Of a stretch of DNA of 64,000 bases, positions 34,900-44,908 are shown in pieces. The translations under genes were made by a program, and so were the position numbers. The notes under the pieces are model-generated. The model was not told the DNA's origin, made no database searches, and worked only from the letters and a program-made list of their open reading frames with translations. The stretch comes from Candidatus Acidiferrum sp. (GTDB lineage: Bacteria > Chloroflexota > Dormibacteria > CF-121): positions 920-64,919 of the forward strand of contig DATNMH010000068.1 in NCBI GenBank assembly GCA_035602395.1, read 5' to 3'. Numbering within the stretch: the first letter of the stretch is position 1; the number at the start of each line of letters is the position of its first letter.

Positions 34900-35172
34900 T
34901 TGGCCACGACACAGGTCTGTACGCATCTGGAGTTGATTGTCAATCCGCGGCCGAAAACCAAGGGCTGCGAGGAATGTCTGAAGATGGGGGACGCCTGGGT
35001 CCACCTCCGCTTGTGCGAGGTCTGCGGTCACGTTGGCTGCTGTGACTCGTCGAAGAACAAGCACGCCACCAAGCACTTCCACGCCACCGGCCATCCGATC
35101 GTCAAGTCGCTCGAGCGCGGCGAGAACTGGATGTACTGTTACCTCGACGACGTGATGTTCGAGGTTGACTAG
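34900..35172 (+). CDS. Stand-alone UBP-type zinc-finger protein
   Basis: SD aaggagg before TTG 34900. CTHL...CEECL...LRLCEVCGHVGCCDSSKNKHATKHFHATGHP matches the zf-UBP Cys/His pattern. Confidence 0.75.
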   Translation: MATTQVCTHLELIVNPRPKTKGCEECLKMGDAWVHLRLCEVCGHVGCCDSSKNKHATKHFHATGHPIVKSLERGENWMYCYLDDVMFEVD

Positions 35173-35780
35173 GCGGCGAGCGTTCCCTCGGACTCGGGTG
35201 TCTTGATCTCGATCACTTCACCAAAGCGATGCACCGTTTCGATGGCGTCGTACAGCGGGACCGCCCGATCCGGCGGGATGAGATCGGTGATTTTCAGGTA
35301 GTAACTCCGGCCTTCGGGCCAGACGAGTGTCGGCACACCGAACACGCCACGCCGTACCGCCTCCGAGTGCTCTTTTGCCAGCGTCGTGAAATCCGCCGCC
35401 TTGACGTCTTCCTCCCAGCGTGCGACCTCGAGTCCGGCCCGCTCGACGATCACCCGATGCGTCGCGTGCTGATCCAGCGGCAGGTGGTCCTCATGGCGGG
35501 CGCGCTGGAGGGCGAGCCGGAAGCGATCCCCGAGCTCGGCGCCCTGGGCGCGGGCGGCGGTCGCCGCCAGGAAAGCGGGTAACCCTTGCGCTTGCGGATC
35601 GCGCTCCCAGACGGGCGGGGTGGGCGAGCCTTCATGGGCCTGGTGGTTCTGGCTCAGCGAAAAGAACGCAAAGCGGGGCCGGATCCGGCCGGCTTTCTCG
35701 ACCTCGGCCAGCCACATCGACCCGCGATATGCCCAGGGACAGAGGAAGTCGATGTAGACGGTCGGCTCGCTGATCGTCAT
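35169..35780 (-). CDS. DsbA-like thioredoxin-fold protein (monothiol CPWA motif)
   Basis: VYIDFLCPWAYRG. 4-nt overlap with the upstream LLM gene. Confidence 0.7.
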   Translation of the reverse strand: MTISEPTVYIDFLCPWAYRGSMWLAEVEKAGRIRPRFAFFSLSQNHQAHEGSPTPPVWERDPQAQGLPAFLAATAARAQGAELGDRFRLALQRARHEDHLPLDQHATHRVIVERAGLEVARWEEDVKAADFTTLAKEHSEAVRRGVFGVPTLVWPEGRSYYLKITDLIPPDRAVPLYDAIETVHRFGEVIEIKTPESEGTLAA

Positions 35781-36760
35781 CCCGTGGTCGAGTGTACCGG
35801 GGTCGCGCCAGCGAGTTGCGGAATGACCTCAGTTTCGAACCGGTGGAGAGGCTCCAGGTCATAGGCGACGCCCGGGATGTAGATGATGAAATAGTCGATG
35901 CCGGCCTCGATCAAGGTCCGCAGGTGCTCCGCCACCCTGTCGGCGTCGGCGATCAGCGTCCCTTCGCGGAAGCCCTCGTAGCCGCGGGCTTTGGCCCTCG
36001 CCCGCTCGGGGTCTTCGGGCCTGCCGATCACGAGCACTTCCGCCTCCGCCGACTTGACGATGTCGTCGTAGTTGCGGCCGACCGTCTCACAGTGCTGGCG
36101 GAGCACGCCGAGCTTGTGGCGGATGGTGTCGGGATCGCCGCCGACGTTGCAGGCGTCCCCATACTGCGCGACCAACTTGAGCGTGACGCGCTCGCCGGAC
36201 CCCCCGATCCACAGCGGTGGATGCGGCTTCTGGACGCCCTTCGGCTCGTTGATCGGCCGGTCGATCGTGTAGTACTTTCCCTTGAACACGGGGGAGTCCT
36301 CGGTCCACATTCGGTGGATGATCTCGCAGGCCTCCTTGAACATTCCCATCCGTTCTTTGAGCTCGGGAAAGCCGTACCCGTAGGCCCGCCATTCGTGCTC
36401 GTACCAGCCGGCGCCGATCCCGGCATTCAGTCGCCCGTGGCTGGCGACGTCCACGGTGGAGGCGATCTTGGCGTAGAGCGCCGGGTTGCGGTAGCCGTTG
36501 CACCCGACCATCTGGCCGACGCGCACGCGCTTTGTGTCTCGCACCAGCGTTGAGGTGATCGTCCAGCATTCGAAGGTCGTCTCCAGTGTCGGTTCCGGCA
36601 CCGTATGGAAGTGGTCGTAGACCCAGACGGCGTCCCACGGACCGCGATCGGCGGCCTGCGCCACCTTCGTCATCGCCTCATACTTTTCAACGGGGTCCTT
36701 GATCTGCGCCAGGTCCATGCGCCAGCCTTGCGGGACGAAGACGCCAAATTTCACTGCCAT
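35777..36760 (-). CDS. Luciferase-like (LLM class) F420-dependent oxidoreductase
   Basis: MAVKFGVFVPQGW..., TIM-barrel LLM motifs, and a C-terminus typical of the TIGR03560-type family. Confidence 0.8.
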   Translation of the reverse strand: MAVKFGVFVPQGWRMDLAQIKDPVEKYEAMTKVAQAADRGPWDAVWVYDHFHTVPEPTLETTFECWTITSTLVRDTKRVRVGQMVGCNGYRNPALYAKIASTVDVASHGRLNAGIGAGWYEHEWRAYGYGFPELKERMGMFKEACEIIHRMWTEDSPVFKGKYYTIDRPINEPKGVQKPHPPLWIGGSGERVTLKLVAQYGDACNVGGDPDTIRHKLGVLRQHCETVGRNYDDIVKSAEAEVLVIGRPEDPERARAKARGYEGFREGTLIADADRVAEHLRTLIEAGIDYFIIYIPGVAYDLEPLHRFETEVIPQLAGATPVHSTTG

Positions 36761-36778
36761 GGGAGGAGTCTAAAGTTC

Positions 36779-37039
36779 ATGCCGGTCGTGGCGCGCTGCG
36801 AGGCCGTAGGGGACGGATATCGGTGCATCGTCCGTGTCTCGGACGCGACCGGGGCGAGCCAGCACCTGGTTCGTGTGTCGCGCAAGGACCTCGACCGCTG
36901 GGGCCGCGGCCGTTTGGCTGAAGATCTCGTGCGGGATAGCTTTGCCTTCCTGCTCGAACGCGAGCCGAAAGCGTCGATCCTCAAAGAGTTCGATCTTTCG
37001 GTGATTCAGCGCTACTTTCCAGACTACGACGGTGGCTAG
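36779..37039 (+). CDS. Hypothetical small protein
   Basis: ATG 36779 within ORF 36605..37039. Its TAG stop overlaps the convergent stop in the palindrome CTAG. Confidence 0.5.
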   Translation: MPVVARCEAVGDGYRCIVRVSDATGASQHLVRVSRKDLDRWGRGRLAEDLVRDSFAFLLEREPKASILKEFDLSVIQRYFPDYDGG

Positions 37040-38676
37040 GGAAAGACGCCCGCCTTGTAATCGCTGAGGATCTCGTTCGCCGCGCGAGCGCCTTCTTCGG
37101 CACCGCCCTCCATGTAACCCTGGAAGTTGATCGAGCAATGCTCACCGGCGAAATGGCACTTGCCGTTCGGGAACGGCTGGCGCGCCTTCTCGTAGCCGCT
37201 GAACTGGGTGTACTGGCCCACTTTCCAGAAGGAATAGGAGCCGAGCAGGTAGGGGTTGCCGAAGGGATAGTCGACGGTTGCCCGGCCGTTCCAGAGCGCC
37301 GTGATGCCCGGGAAGACGGGCTCGAGCTTGCCGAGGAAACGAGTCGCGTAAGCCTGGACCTGGGTTGGATCATTGAACGTCAGGCCGACGCTGCCGCCGG
37401 TGTAGTTGACCAGGATCCCCGGATCGGTCTGCAGGTTGCCCTGCCCGCGCGAAACGTCCCACGAATTCTGGTAGCCGCCGTCGGTGAAGGTATATCCAGT
37501 GCTGATGCCCCATGGTCCGCTGGTATTCCAGAGCCGGCTCTTGAACTGCAAATGGAGTTTGCTGTTCGAGCCATAGCCGAGCTGCGTGATGGCCGTATGC
37601 TTGAGACTGTCGAACCCCGCGTGCACGTAAGCCTGGCTGCTGGTCAGAATCGTCCGCAACACTGAAAACGGAATGGCCATGATCACCCGATCGGCGACCG
37701 TCGTGAAGCCGCCCGATGGTCCCCTGAAACTGAGCTTGTATGTCCCGTTGGCGTTCAGCAGAATCCCCGTGAGGGCCGTGTTCCGCTGAACGCTGCCGGC
37801 CGGCAGGTAGTTCGCGATCGCCCGCGGCACCTGCTCATTGCCGCCCGTTACGTGGTATCGCTCGTCAGAGGCGCCGAAGATCCGGAAGTCCCCGGGCTGC
37901 GGCTGGTAGGCGAGCAGGTAGATCAGGTTGAGCGAGCTCTGCTCTTTACTGTCCCCGCCGTATTCGGTGTTGTAGGCGACGTCAAGCAGGCGGCCCATGG
38001 GTGAGTCGTGGCCTCCCCGGACGTAGGACTGGATGTATTGGTAGAGGCTCATCTGGTCGAGTTCACGCCCGCGGGCCGTCGAGCTGTTGTACAGGGTCGG
38101 GAAGCCGGTCGCGTTGGCGTCCGAGTGCACCTGGTTGTAGACGGGCTTGAAGTCATTGTTCGCCTGGTCATCGGGATAGTACTTGCCGAAGAAGTAGTAA
38201 GTATCGGTCGACATGACCGGCTCCGCAGCCAGGAGGTCGGTTAGCCCAAAGCCGAACCGTTTGGCCAGTCCCTGGATTGTCTTGTGCTTGGTATCGATCA
38301 GCTCACCGCAGTGCTCGCTGACCTGGCCGTTGAGCCAGCTGGTGGTATCAGAGTGCATGCGGCCGCCCACACGGTCAGATGCCTCATAGATGGTCGAGGT
38401 GTAGCCCGCATCGAAGAGCGTCAGCGCCGCGTTCAAGCCAGAGATGCCCCCGCCGATGATGGCGATCCGCGGCGCCTGGCCAGCAAAGGCGGCGATTGGT
38501 CCTGTGAAGGCGGCTGCGCCAACCGTGGCGCCGGTTGCTTTTATGAAGTCCCGCCGCGTCCAGGCTCCTTGCCGCCGCTCCTCCTGGACCTGCTCGACCG
38601 GTTTGCCTGATCGCTCCGCTTCCGCAAAGTCCTGGTAGAGCGCCTGAAGCTTGCGCAGCAGCGGGATACGAGCCAT
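37036..38676 (-). CDS. Tat-exported FAD-dependent amine oxidase
   Basis: Twin-arginine signal TRRDFIKATGATVGAAAF. IAIIGGGISGLNAALTL. FAGEHCS at the C-terminus. Confidence 0.85.
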   Translation of the reverse strand: MARIPLLRKLQALYQDFAEAERSGKPVEQVQEERRQGAWTRRDFIKATGATVGAAAFTGPIAAFAGQAPRIAIIGGGISGLNAALTLFDAGYTSTIYEASDRVGGRMHSDTTSWLNGQVSEHCGELIDTKHKTIQGLAKRFGFGLTDLLAAEPVMSTDTYYFFGKYYPDDQANNDFKPVYNQVHSDANATGFPTLYNSSTARGRELDQMSLYQYIQSYVRGGHDSPMGRLLDVAYNTEYGGDSKEQSSLNLIYLLAYQPQPGDFRIFGASDERYHVTGGNEQVPRAIANYLPAGSVQRNTALTGILLNANGTYKLSFRGPSGGFTTVADRVIMAIPFSVLRTILTSSQAYVHAGFDSLKHTAITQLGYGSNSKLHLQFKSRLWNTSGPWGISTGYTFTDGGYQNSWDVSRGQGNLQTDPGILVNYTGGSVGLTFNDPTQVQAYATRFLGKLEPVFPGITALWNGRATVDYPFGNPYLLGSYSFWKVGQYTQFSGYEKARQPFPNGKCHFAGEHCSINFQGYMEGGAEEGARAANEILSDYKAGVFP

Positions 38677-38763
38677 GTGTTCCTCCCTCTCTCCGCCGCA
38701 AACAGTAAAGACGGCGGACTGTCCCGGTAAACCTACACGACCCCGCCAAATCGCGCAAGCGGA

Positions 38764-38792
38764 TTGACAAAGCGAAGAGGGTCGGTTAGTTT
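38764..38792 (+). promoter_or_regulatory. Candidate promoter TTGACA-17-TAGTTT for the ABC (pot-like) operon
   Basis: TTGACA 38764-38769, 17-nt spacer, TAGTTT 38787-38792, upstream of the purine-rich leader gggggaggaggaggga. Confidence 0.4.
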
Positions 38793-38860
38793 GCTCCCAA
38801 GCCCAGCGCGATCAGCCGATACATGAGTTCAGGGGGAGGAGGAGGGAGCGGTAGCCAGCC

Positions 38861-39988
38861 TTGCTGCAGTCGACGGCTTACCGCCCCATGGATCCACTGA
38901 CGGCCGCTAGCCGGCCTGAGGCTGCCCCTGCTCCCGCTGAGGTCCGGCTCGAAGGGCTGCGCAAGACCTTCGGCGACGTCGTCGCCGTGGCCGGCGTCGA
39001 TCTCGAGGTCCGTGAGGGAGAGTTCTTCTCGCTCCTCGGGCCCTCGGGGTGTGGCAAGACCACCTGCTTGCGCATGATCGCCGGTTTCGAGGAGCCGACG
39101 GCGGGCCGGATCCTGCTCCATGGCCAGGACGTTGCCGGCCTACCGGCATACGAACGCGACGTCAACACCGTGTTTCAGGACTACGCCCTCTTCCCGCATA
39201 TGTCGGTTCATGACAACGTCGAGTACGGGCTCGTCGTCAAAGGCATCGGTCGCGCCGACCGTCGGCGCCGCGTCGGCGAAGCCCTGCGCATGATGCGATT
39301 GGAGCGGCTCGACCGGCGCAAGCCTGGCGAACTCTCGGGTGGCCAGCGGCAGCGCGTCGCGCTTGCCCGCGCCCTGGTGAACCAACCCCGCGTCCTGCTT
39401 CTCGATGAGCCGCTCGGCGCGCTCGATCTCAAGCTTCGTCAGGCGATGCAGATCGAGCTCAAATCGATCCAGGAGCGGCTGTCGATGACATTTATTTACG
39501 TGACGCATGACCAGGAGGAAGCTTTGACGATGAGCGACCGCATGGCGGTGATGAACCAGGGACGGGTGGAGCAGGTCGGCAGCCCGGCCGAGGTATACGA
39601 GAGGCCGGCGACCGGCTTCGTCGCCGGCTTTGTTGGCGCCTCCAACGTCCTCTCCGGAGATGCCGCCCTGGCGATCACCGGCAGCCCGCAGGCGATCACA
39701 GTGCGGCCGGAAAAGATCCGCCTGGGATCTCCAGACGACCGACCCCATCCGGATGAGGTAATGGCGGTCGGCGTCGTTCGCGATGTCGTCTATGTTGGCG
39801 CCTTTACCCGCTATGTCGTCGACCTGGAGGCCGGCGGCGAGCTCGTCGTGCTCCAGCAAAACCTCACAATGTCGTCGATGGACGTGCTCCAGGCGCGCGG
39901 CCGTCGCGTGCGCCTGTTCTGGAACCGGCAGCACAGCCGGGTGATTGCGACGGCCGGCGGCGATCAGAAGAAGGAGGAGATCGGATGA
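38861..39988 (+). CDS. ABC transporter ATPase, PotA-like (polyamine-type importer)
   Basis: LLGPSGCGKTT, LSGGQRQRVALARAL, LLLDEPLGALD, and a C-terminal TOBE-like region. Alternative start ATG 38888. Confidence 0.85.
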   Translation: MLQSTAYRPMDPLTAASRPEAAPAPAEVRLEGLRKTFGDVVAVAGVDLEVREGEFFSLLGPSGCGKTTCLRMIAGFEEPTAGRILLHGQDVAGLPAYERDVNTVFQDYALFPHMSVHDNVEYGLVVKGIGRADRRRRVGEALRMMRLERLDRRKPGELSGGQRQRVALARALVNQPRVLLLDEPLGALDLKLRQAMQIELKSIQERLSMTFIYVTHDQEEALTMSDRMAVMNQGRVEQVGSPAEVYERPATGFVAGFVGASNVLSGDAALAITGSPQAITVRPEKIRLGSPDDRPHPDEVMAVGVVRDVVYVGAFTRYVVDLEAGGELVVLQQNLTMSSMDVLQARGRRVRLFWNRQHSRVIATAGGDQKKEEIG

Positions 39989-41172
39989 AGCGATATCGAG
40001 CGAATCTCGTCACGGCAGTGGGGGCGATGCTCCTGCTGGCGGCGTGTGGAGGAACGTCGACCGCGCAGCCGGGGTCGAACCTGAAACAGACCATCGGAGC
40101 AGGGGAGGGCGCCCTCAACCTGATCGCCTGGACGGGCTACGTCGAGAGTGGCAAGACGGATCCCAAGGTTGACTGGGTGACCCCCTTTCAGACTGCAACG
40201 GGCTGCACGATCAACGTGAAGTTCGCCGACACCTCCGATGAAATGGTGACCCTGATGCGCCAGACCGGTGGCCAGTACGACGGCGTGTCGGCCAGCGGTG
40301 ACGCGACCAACCGCCTGATTGCTCACGGCGATGTCGCCGAGGTCAACGTCAACTTGATTCCGGATTTCAAGGACGTCATCCAGTCGCTGCAATCGCCGCG
40401 ACACAACACCATCAACGGTCATCACTACGGCGTCCCCTACATGTACGGTCCGAACGTGCTCATGTACAACACGACGGTGGTCAAGCCGGCGCCGACTAGC
40501 TGGAAAGACACCTGGGATGCGAACTCGCCCTACAAGGGCAAGGTGGCCGCCTACGACAGTGCGATCTTCATCGCCGATGCCGCCCTCTATCTCAAGGCCC
40601 ACAACACGAGCCTCGGCATCACTGACGTCTATGAGCTCACGACCAAGCAGCTGGATGCCGCGATCGCGCTGCTCAAGCAGCAGGCGCCCTTGATCAAGAA
40701 GTACTGGGCGGCCACCACTGACGAGACCGATCCCTTCAGCAGTGGCGATATGGTCATTGGCACCGCCTGGCCCTACCAGGTCAGCTTCCTCAAGAGCGAG
40801 AACAAGCCGGTCGCCGCGGTCGTGCCCTCCGAAGGCGCAACCGGGTGGGCCGACACCTGGATGATCTCCTCGCACGCGCAGCACCCGAACTGCATGTACC
40901 TCTGGATGAAGTGGACGGAAACGCCGGCCGTCCAGGACCAGGTCGCCGAGTTCTACGGTGCGACGCCGAGCAATGCCAAGGCATGCGATTTGCTTCGCCA
41001 GCACATCGGCGCCACCGCCGATAGTGACTACCACTGCGGCGACAACACCTTCCTCAAGAACATCGCGCTCTGGAAGACGCCGCTGCAGGAATGCGGCGAC
41101 AGTCGCGGCGCGACCTGCACCGACTACACCATCTGGTCGCAGAAGTGGCAGGAGGTCCGCGGAACGAAGTAA
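39985..41172 (+). CDS. ABC substrate-binding lipoprotein, PotD/PotF-like
   Basis: Lipobox LLLAAC and a family-1 extracellular solute-binding fold, in operon context. Confidence 0.8.
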   Translation: MKRYRANLVTAVGAMLLLAACGGTSTAQPGSNLKQTIGAGEGALNLIAWTGYVESGKTDPKVDWVTPFQTATGCTINVKFADTSDEMVTLMRQTGGQYDGVSASGDATNRLIAHGDVAEVNVNLIPDFKDVIQSLQSPRHNTINGHHYGVPYMYGPNVLMYNTTVVKPAPTSWKDTWDANSPYKGKVAAYDSAIFIADAALYLKAHNTSLGITDVYELTTKQLDAAIALLKQQAPLIKKYWAATTDETDPFSSGDMVIGTAWPYQVSFLKSENKPVAAVVPSEGATGWADTWMISSHAQHPNCMYLWMKWTETPAVQDQVAEFYGATPSNAKACDLLRQHIGATADSDYHCGDNTFLKNIALWKTPLQECGDSRGATCTDYTIWSQKWQEVRGTK

Positions 41173-41175
41173 GGG

Positions 41176-42108
41176 ATGGCGGAGACCCTGATTCGAGCGG
41201 GGGAGAGGCTCGCGGCCCCTCCCCCCAGCGCCGTCCGCCGTTTGCGGCACGCGATCGGTGGCTTCTTGTATCGAGTTCCGGCGGCGCGGCTCGGGCTGCT
41301 GCTCGGACCGGTGCTGCTCTGGATGGTCGTCATCTACCTCGGTTCGCTCGGTCTGCTCTTCATCACCTCGTTCTGGCGCCAGGACTCGGTCACCGGCGCC
41401 ATCGTTCAGAGTTGGGGGCTGACGAACTACCAGTTCCTGGTGCAGGAGGACGTCTACCGGACGATCGCCATTCGGACCGTCGGCATCGCGCTGGCCGTCA
41501 CGGTGACCGATATCGTGTTGGCGATCCCGATCGCCTACTACGCGGCACGAATTGCGACACCACGGATCCGCACCCTCCTCTTGCTCTCGATGGTGCTCCC
41601 GTTGTGGTCGAGTTACCTCGTCCGGGTCTACGCCTGGCGCACCATCCTCTCCGGTGACGGCGTGCTCAACTGGTCGCTCCACCAGGTGCACCTGGGTTCG
41701 GTCAACCTCGGCTTCTCCCGCTGGAGCCTGTGGATCGTCTTCTCCTACCTCTGGCTCCCGTACGTGGCGTTGCCGGTCTACGCCGCCCTGGAACGGATTC
41801 CCAACTCGCTGATCGAGGCGTCCACCGACCTGGGAGCGCGCTGGCGCACCACGTTTCGACGGGTGATCCTGCCGATCGCCTTCCCGGGCATTGTGGCCGG
41901 CTCGATCTTTGCCTTCTCCTTGACCCTTGGCGACTACATCGCGCCCGACCTCGTGGGCGATACCGAGTTCATCGGCAACGTCATCTACCAGAGCGTCGGC
42001 ATCGCCAACAACATTCCCTTCGCTGCGGCGTATGCCGTCGTGCCTGCGCTGGTGATGGGCATCTATCTGCTGATCGCCCGGCAGCTGAAGGCGTTCGAGG
42101 CGCTATGA
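41176..42108 (+). CDS. ABC permease (PotB-like)
   Basis: Six TM segments and the EAA-type loop LIEASTDLGARWRTTFRRVILP. Confidence 0.85.
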   Translation: MAETLIRAGERLAAPPPSAVRRLRHAIGGFLYRVPAARLGLLLGPVLLWMVVIYLGSLGLLFITSFWRQDSVTGAIVQSWGLTNYQFLVQEDVYRTIAIRTVGIALAVTVTDIVLAIPIAYYAARIATPRIRTLLLLSMVLPLWSSYLVRVYAWRTILSGDGVLNWSLHQVHLGSVNLGFSRWSLWIVFSYLWLPYVALPVYAALERIPNSLIEASTDLGARWRTTFRRVILPIAFPGIVAGSIFAFSLTLGDYIAPDLVGDTEFIGNVIYQSVGIANNIPFAAAYAVVPALVMGIYLLIARQLKAFEAL

Positions 42109-42986
42109 GCCGCGACCGGCTGATCGAGCCTCGCTCGGTACGGATTGGCATGCGTGTGGTCAGCGGCCTCGTCCTGCTTTTCCTTTATGTGCCGCTGCTG
42201 GTGATCATGCTCTACGCCTTCAACCCCGCCCGGTCACAGGCCTGGCCGCTGCCCGGGCTGTCGACACGGTGGTTCGTAGCGACCTGGAACAACGCGGATG
42301 TCCGAACGGCGCTGGTCACGTCGCTCAAGGCCGGTCTCGGCGCCACGACTATTGCCCTGATCCTGGGCAGCCTGGCCGCCTTCGCCGTGCATCGTTACCG
42401 GTTCTTCGGGCGCGAGACCGTCTCATTTGTGCTGATCCTGCCGCTGGCGCTCCCCGGCATCGTCACCGGGATGGCGCTCAACTCCACCATCAACCTTGGC
42501 GGACAGCTGATCGGGTTGTCGTTCAGCCTCTGGACGATCATCATCGGTCACGCCACGTTCTGCGTAGTGGTCGTCTACAACAACGTCATCGCCCGGCTTC
42601 GCCGCACTTCCACCTCGCTGGTCGAAGCATCCTCCGACCTCGGCGCGGACGGTTTCCAGACCTTTCGCTACGTGATCCTGCCCAACATCGGCACCGCCTT
42701 GATGGCCGGCGGCCTGCTGGCGTTCGCCCTGTCCTTCGACGAGATCATCGTCACCAACTTCACCTCGGGCAGCGAGATCACGCTGCCCAAGTGGATCTTC
42801 AATAATTTGCGGTTGCCCAACCAGCGGCCGGTGGTCAACGTGGTCGCCAGCGTCCTGCTGCTCGCCAGCTTGATCCCGGTCTACATTGCCCAGCGCCTGA
42901 CCCAGGAGAGTGGTGGGCTGGTCTCTGGGCGGGGGGCCGTGGTTCCCGCGATTGAAGATGTAGCAGAGCAGGCGGCGGTGCCGTAG
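42105..42986 (+). CDS. ABC permease (PotC-like)
   Basis: ATGA overlap. LVEASSDLGADGFQTFRYVILP. Confidence 0.85.
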   Translation: MSRDRLIEPRSVRIGMRVVSGLVLLFLYVPLLVIMLYAFNPARSQAWPLPGLSTRWFVATWNNADVRTALVTSLKAGLGATTIALILGSLAAFAVHRYRFFGRETVSFVLILPLALPGIVTGMALNSTINLGGQLIGLSFSLWTIIIGHATFCVVVVYNNVIARLRRTSTSLVEASSDLGADGFQTFRYVILPNIGTALMAGGLLAFALSFDEIIVTNFTSGSEITLPKWIFNNLRLPNQRPVVNVVASVLLLASLIPVYIAQRLTQESGGLVSGRGAVVPAIEDVAEQAAVP

Positions 42987-43001
42987 CCGTATAAAGAGCG
43001 T

Positions 43002-43397
43002 ATGGCAGCTCCGCCGGTGGATGAGAAGGTCCGCGAGGCGCTATCGAGACCGCAATCGGTGATTGACATCACGACCACCGGGCGCAAGAGCGGCGAGCCC
43101 CGCCGCCTCGAGATCGTGCTTCACAACATCGACGGGCGACTCTACATCAGCGGCCAACCATCTCGAACGCGCCGCGGCTGGCTCGCCAACCTGGATTCGA
43201 ATCCGAACCTCACCATCCACCTGAAACGCGGCATCAAGGCGGATCTGCCCGCAACCGCGCGCGAGATTACAGAACCGGTCGAGCGCCGTCGGGTTCTCGA
43301 GGGCGTCGCGCGTAACTGGAACCGCGGCGACGTCGACACGATGATGCAGTACAGCCCGCTGATCGAGGTTACGACCGACGGCCCTCGGCCGTCCTGA
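43002..43397 (+). CDS. Deazaflavin (F420H2)-dependent nitroreductase/quinone reductase family protein (DUF385/DDN-like)
   Basis: ITTTGRKSGEPRRLEIVLHNIDGRLYISG ... NPNLTIHL. Confidence 0.75.
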   Translation: MAAPPVDEKVREALSRPQSVIDITTTGRKSGEPRRLEIVLHNIDGRLYISGQPSRTRRGWLANLDSNPNLTIHLKRGIKADLPATAREITEPVERRRVLEGVARNWNRGDVDTMMQYSPLIEVTTDGPRPS

Positions 43398-43406
43398 CCT
43401 TCAGTT

Positions 43407-44861
43407 TTAGTCGACGGCGGTCATCACGTGCTTGACGTTCGTGTACTCCTCGAGTGAGTACATCGACAGGTCCTTGCCATAGCCGCTCTGCTTGTAACCG
43501 CCGTGCGGCATCTCGCTGACCAGCGGGATATGGGTGTTGATCCAGACGGTGCCGAACTGCAGCCGGCGGGCGGCGTTCATCGCCCGACCGATGTCGCGCG
43601 TCCAGACTGAAGCGGCCAGCCCGTAGGGGACGTCGTTCGCCCAGGCGATCGCCTCGTTGTCATCCTTGAAGCGCTGCACGGTGACGACCGGCCCGAAGAC
43701 TTCCTTCTGCACGATCTCGGAGTCCTGCTTGACGTCCGTGACCAGGCTCGGCTGGTAGAAATAGCCCCGGCCGGGGATCGGCGCCCCGCCAACCAACACC
43801 CTGGCACCGCGCTCGCGGGCGCGGTCGACGAACCCTTCGACGCGCTCCAGCTGCTCCTTGGCGACCATCGGGCCCATGTCGATGCCTTCTTCCAGGGGAT
43901 TGCCGACCTTGACCGACTGCACCGTCTTGGTCAGCGATGACAGCAGGTTGTCGTAAATCTTCGGCCCGGCGATGACCCGCGTGGCCGCGGTGCAGTCCTG
44001 GCCCGAGTTGAAGAAGCCGGCGGCCTTGACCCAGGTGTTGACCGCCTCGAGGTCGGCATCGTCGAAGACAACCACGGGCGCCTTGCCGCCCAGCTCCAGG
44101 TGGACGCGCTTGAGCGTCTGGGATGCGGCCTTCGCCACCTCTTTGCCGGTCGCGACGTCGCCGGTCAGCGACACCATGTCGACCCCGGGGTGCCGGACGA
44201 TGCCGGCCCCAACGGGCTCGCCGTCACCGGTGATGACGTTGAAGACACCAGGGGGGAGGATGTCGGCCGAGAGCTCCGCAAGCCGGAGCGCCGTCAACGG
44301 CGTCCACTCGGAGGGCTTGAGGACGACGCAGTTGCCGGCTGCCAGCGCCGGGCCGATCTTCCAGATCGCCATCATCAGCGGGTAGTTCCAGGGGGCGATC
44401 GATCCGACGACGCCCACCGGCTCGCGCCGGATCATGCTGGTATAGCCGCGCATGTACTCGCCGGCGGCTTTCCCCTCGAGGATGCGGGCAGCCCCTGCAA
44501 AGTAGCGCAGGTTGTCCGCACAGACCCACAGCTCTTCCGAGAGGAACAGCGCTCGAGGCTTGCCGACGTTGGCCGACTCGATGTTCGCCATCTCGTCGGC
44601 ATCGGCAAGGATCGCATCCGCCAGCTTCAGGAGCATCTCGCTGCGCTCGCGTGGGGTGGTCTCGAACCACTCCGTATACGCCTTGCGGGCCGCCTTCACG
44701 GCCCGGTCGACATCGGCCTCGGTGCCTTTGGGCACCTCCGCAATGGTTTCGCCGGTCGCCGGATTGACGATCGGCTGACCCTCGCTGCCCGAGCCCTGTA
44801 CCCACTCGCCGCCGATGAACATCTCCCGCCGCTTCACTGCCGTTGCCATCTTTGTAACCAC
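43407..44861 (-). CDS. NAD(P)-dependent aldehyde dehydrogenase (aminobutyraldehyde dehydrogenase-like)
   Basis: [20 protein letters not shown] (catalytic Cys), PWNYPL. Confidence 0.9.
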   Translation of the reverse strand: MVTKMATAVKRREMFIGGEWVQGSGSEGQPIVNPATGETIAEVPKGTEADVDRAVKAARKAYTEWFETTPRERSEMLLKLADAILADADEMANIESANVGKPRALFLSEELWVCADNLRYFAGAARILEGKAAGEYMRGYTSMIRREPVGVVGSIAPWNYPLMMAIWKIGPALAAGNCVVLKPSEWTPLTALRLAELSADILPPGVFNVITGDGEPVGAGIVRHPGVDMVSLTGDVATGKEVAKAASQTLKRVHLELGGKAPVVVFDDADLEAVNTWVKAAGFFNSGQDCTAATRVIAGPKIYDNLLSSLTKTVQSVKVGNPLEEGIDMGPMVAKEQLERVEGFVDRARERGARVLVGGAPIPGRGYFYQPSLVTDVKQDSEIVQKEVFGPVVTVQRFKDDNEAIAWANDVPYGLAASVWTRDIGRAMNAARRLQFGTVWINTHIPLVSEMPHGGYKQSGYGKDLSMYSLEEYTNVKHVMTAVD

Positions 44862-44877
44862 CCTCCTAGCCGCAGCG

Positions 44878-44905
44878 GGATATCGCTGCGACCCTTAGGA
44901 TATCT
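44878..44905. promoter_or_regulatory. Twin GGATATC motifs, 20 bp apart, in the 47-bp divergent intergenic region (candidate operator)
   Basis: GATATC at 44879-44884 and 44899-44904. The first is flanked by the inverted repeat gcagcg/cgctgc. Confidence 0.25.
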
Positions 44906-44908
44906 CCG

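Noticed and set aside
37036-37039. Convergent genes sharing the palindrome CTAG as overlapping stop codons
   Set aside because: It is real but trivial. It is a consequence of tight packing, with no evidence of function.
39964-41691. Long minus-strand ORF (575 aa) and similar long antisense ORFs (for example 854..1762, 21788..22951, 46487..47689, 59178..60194)
   Set aside because: They lie antisense to genes with clear family motifs. Their translations are Arg/Pro/Gly-rich with no motifs. This is the usual shadow-ORF artefact of GC-rich DNA.
43190-43205. Possible att-site duplicate of the tRNA-Asn 3' end (ttcgaatccg)
   Set aside because: Only about 10-11 nt match. The site lies inside a well-formed coding sequence, and there is no integrase or island boundary.
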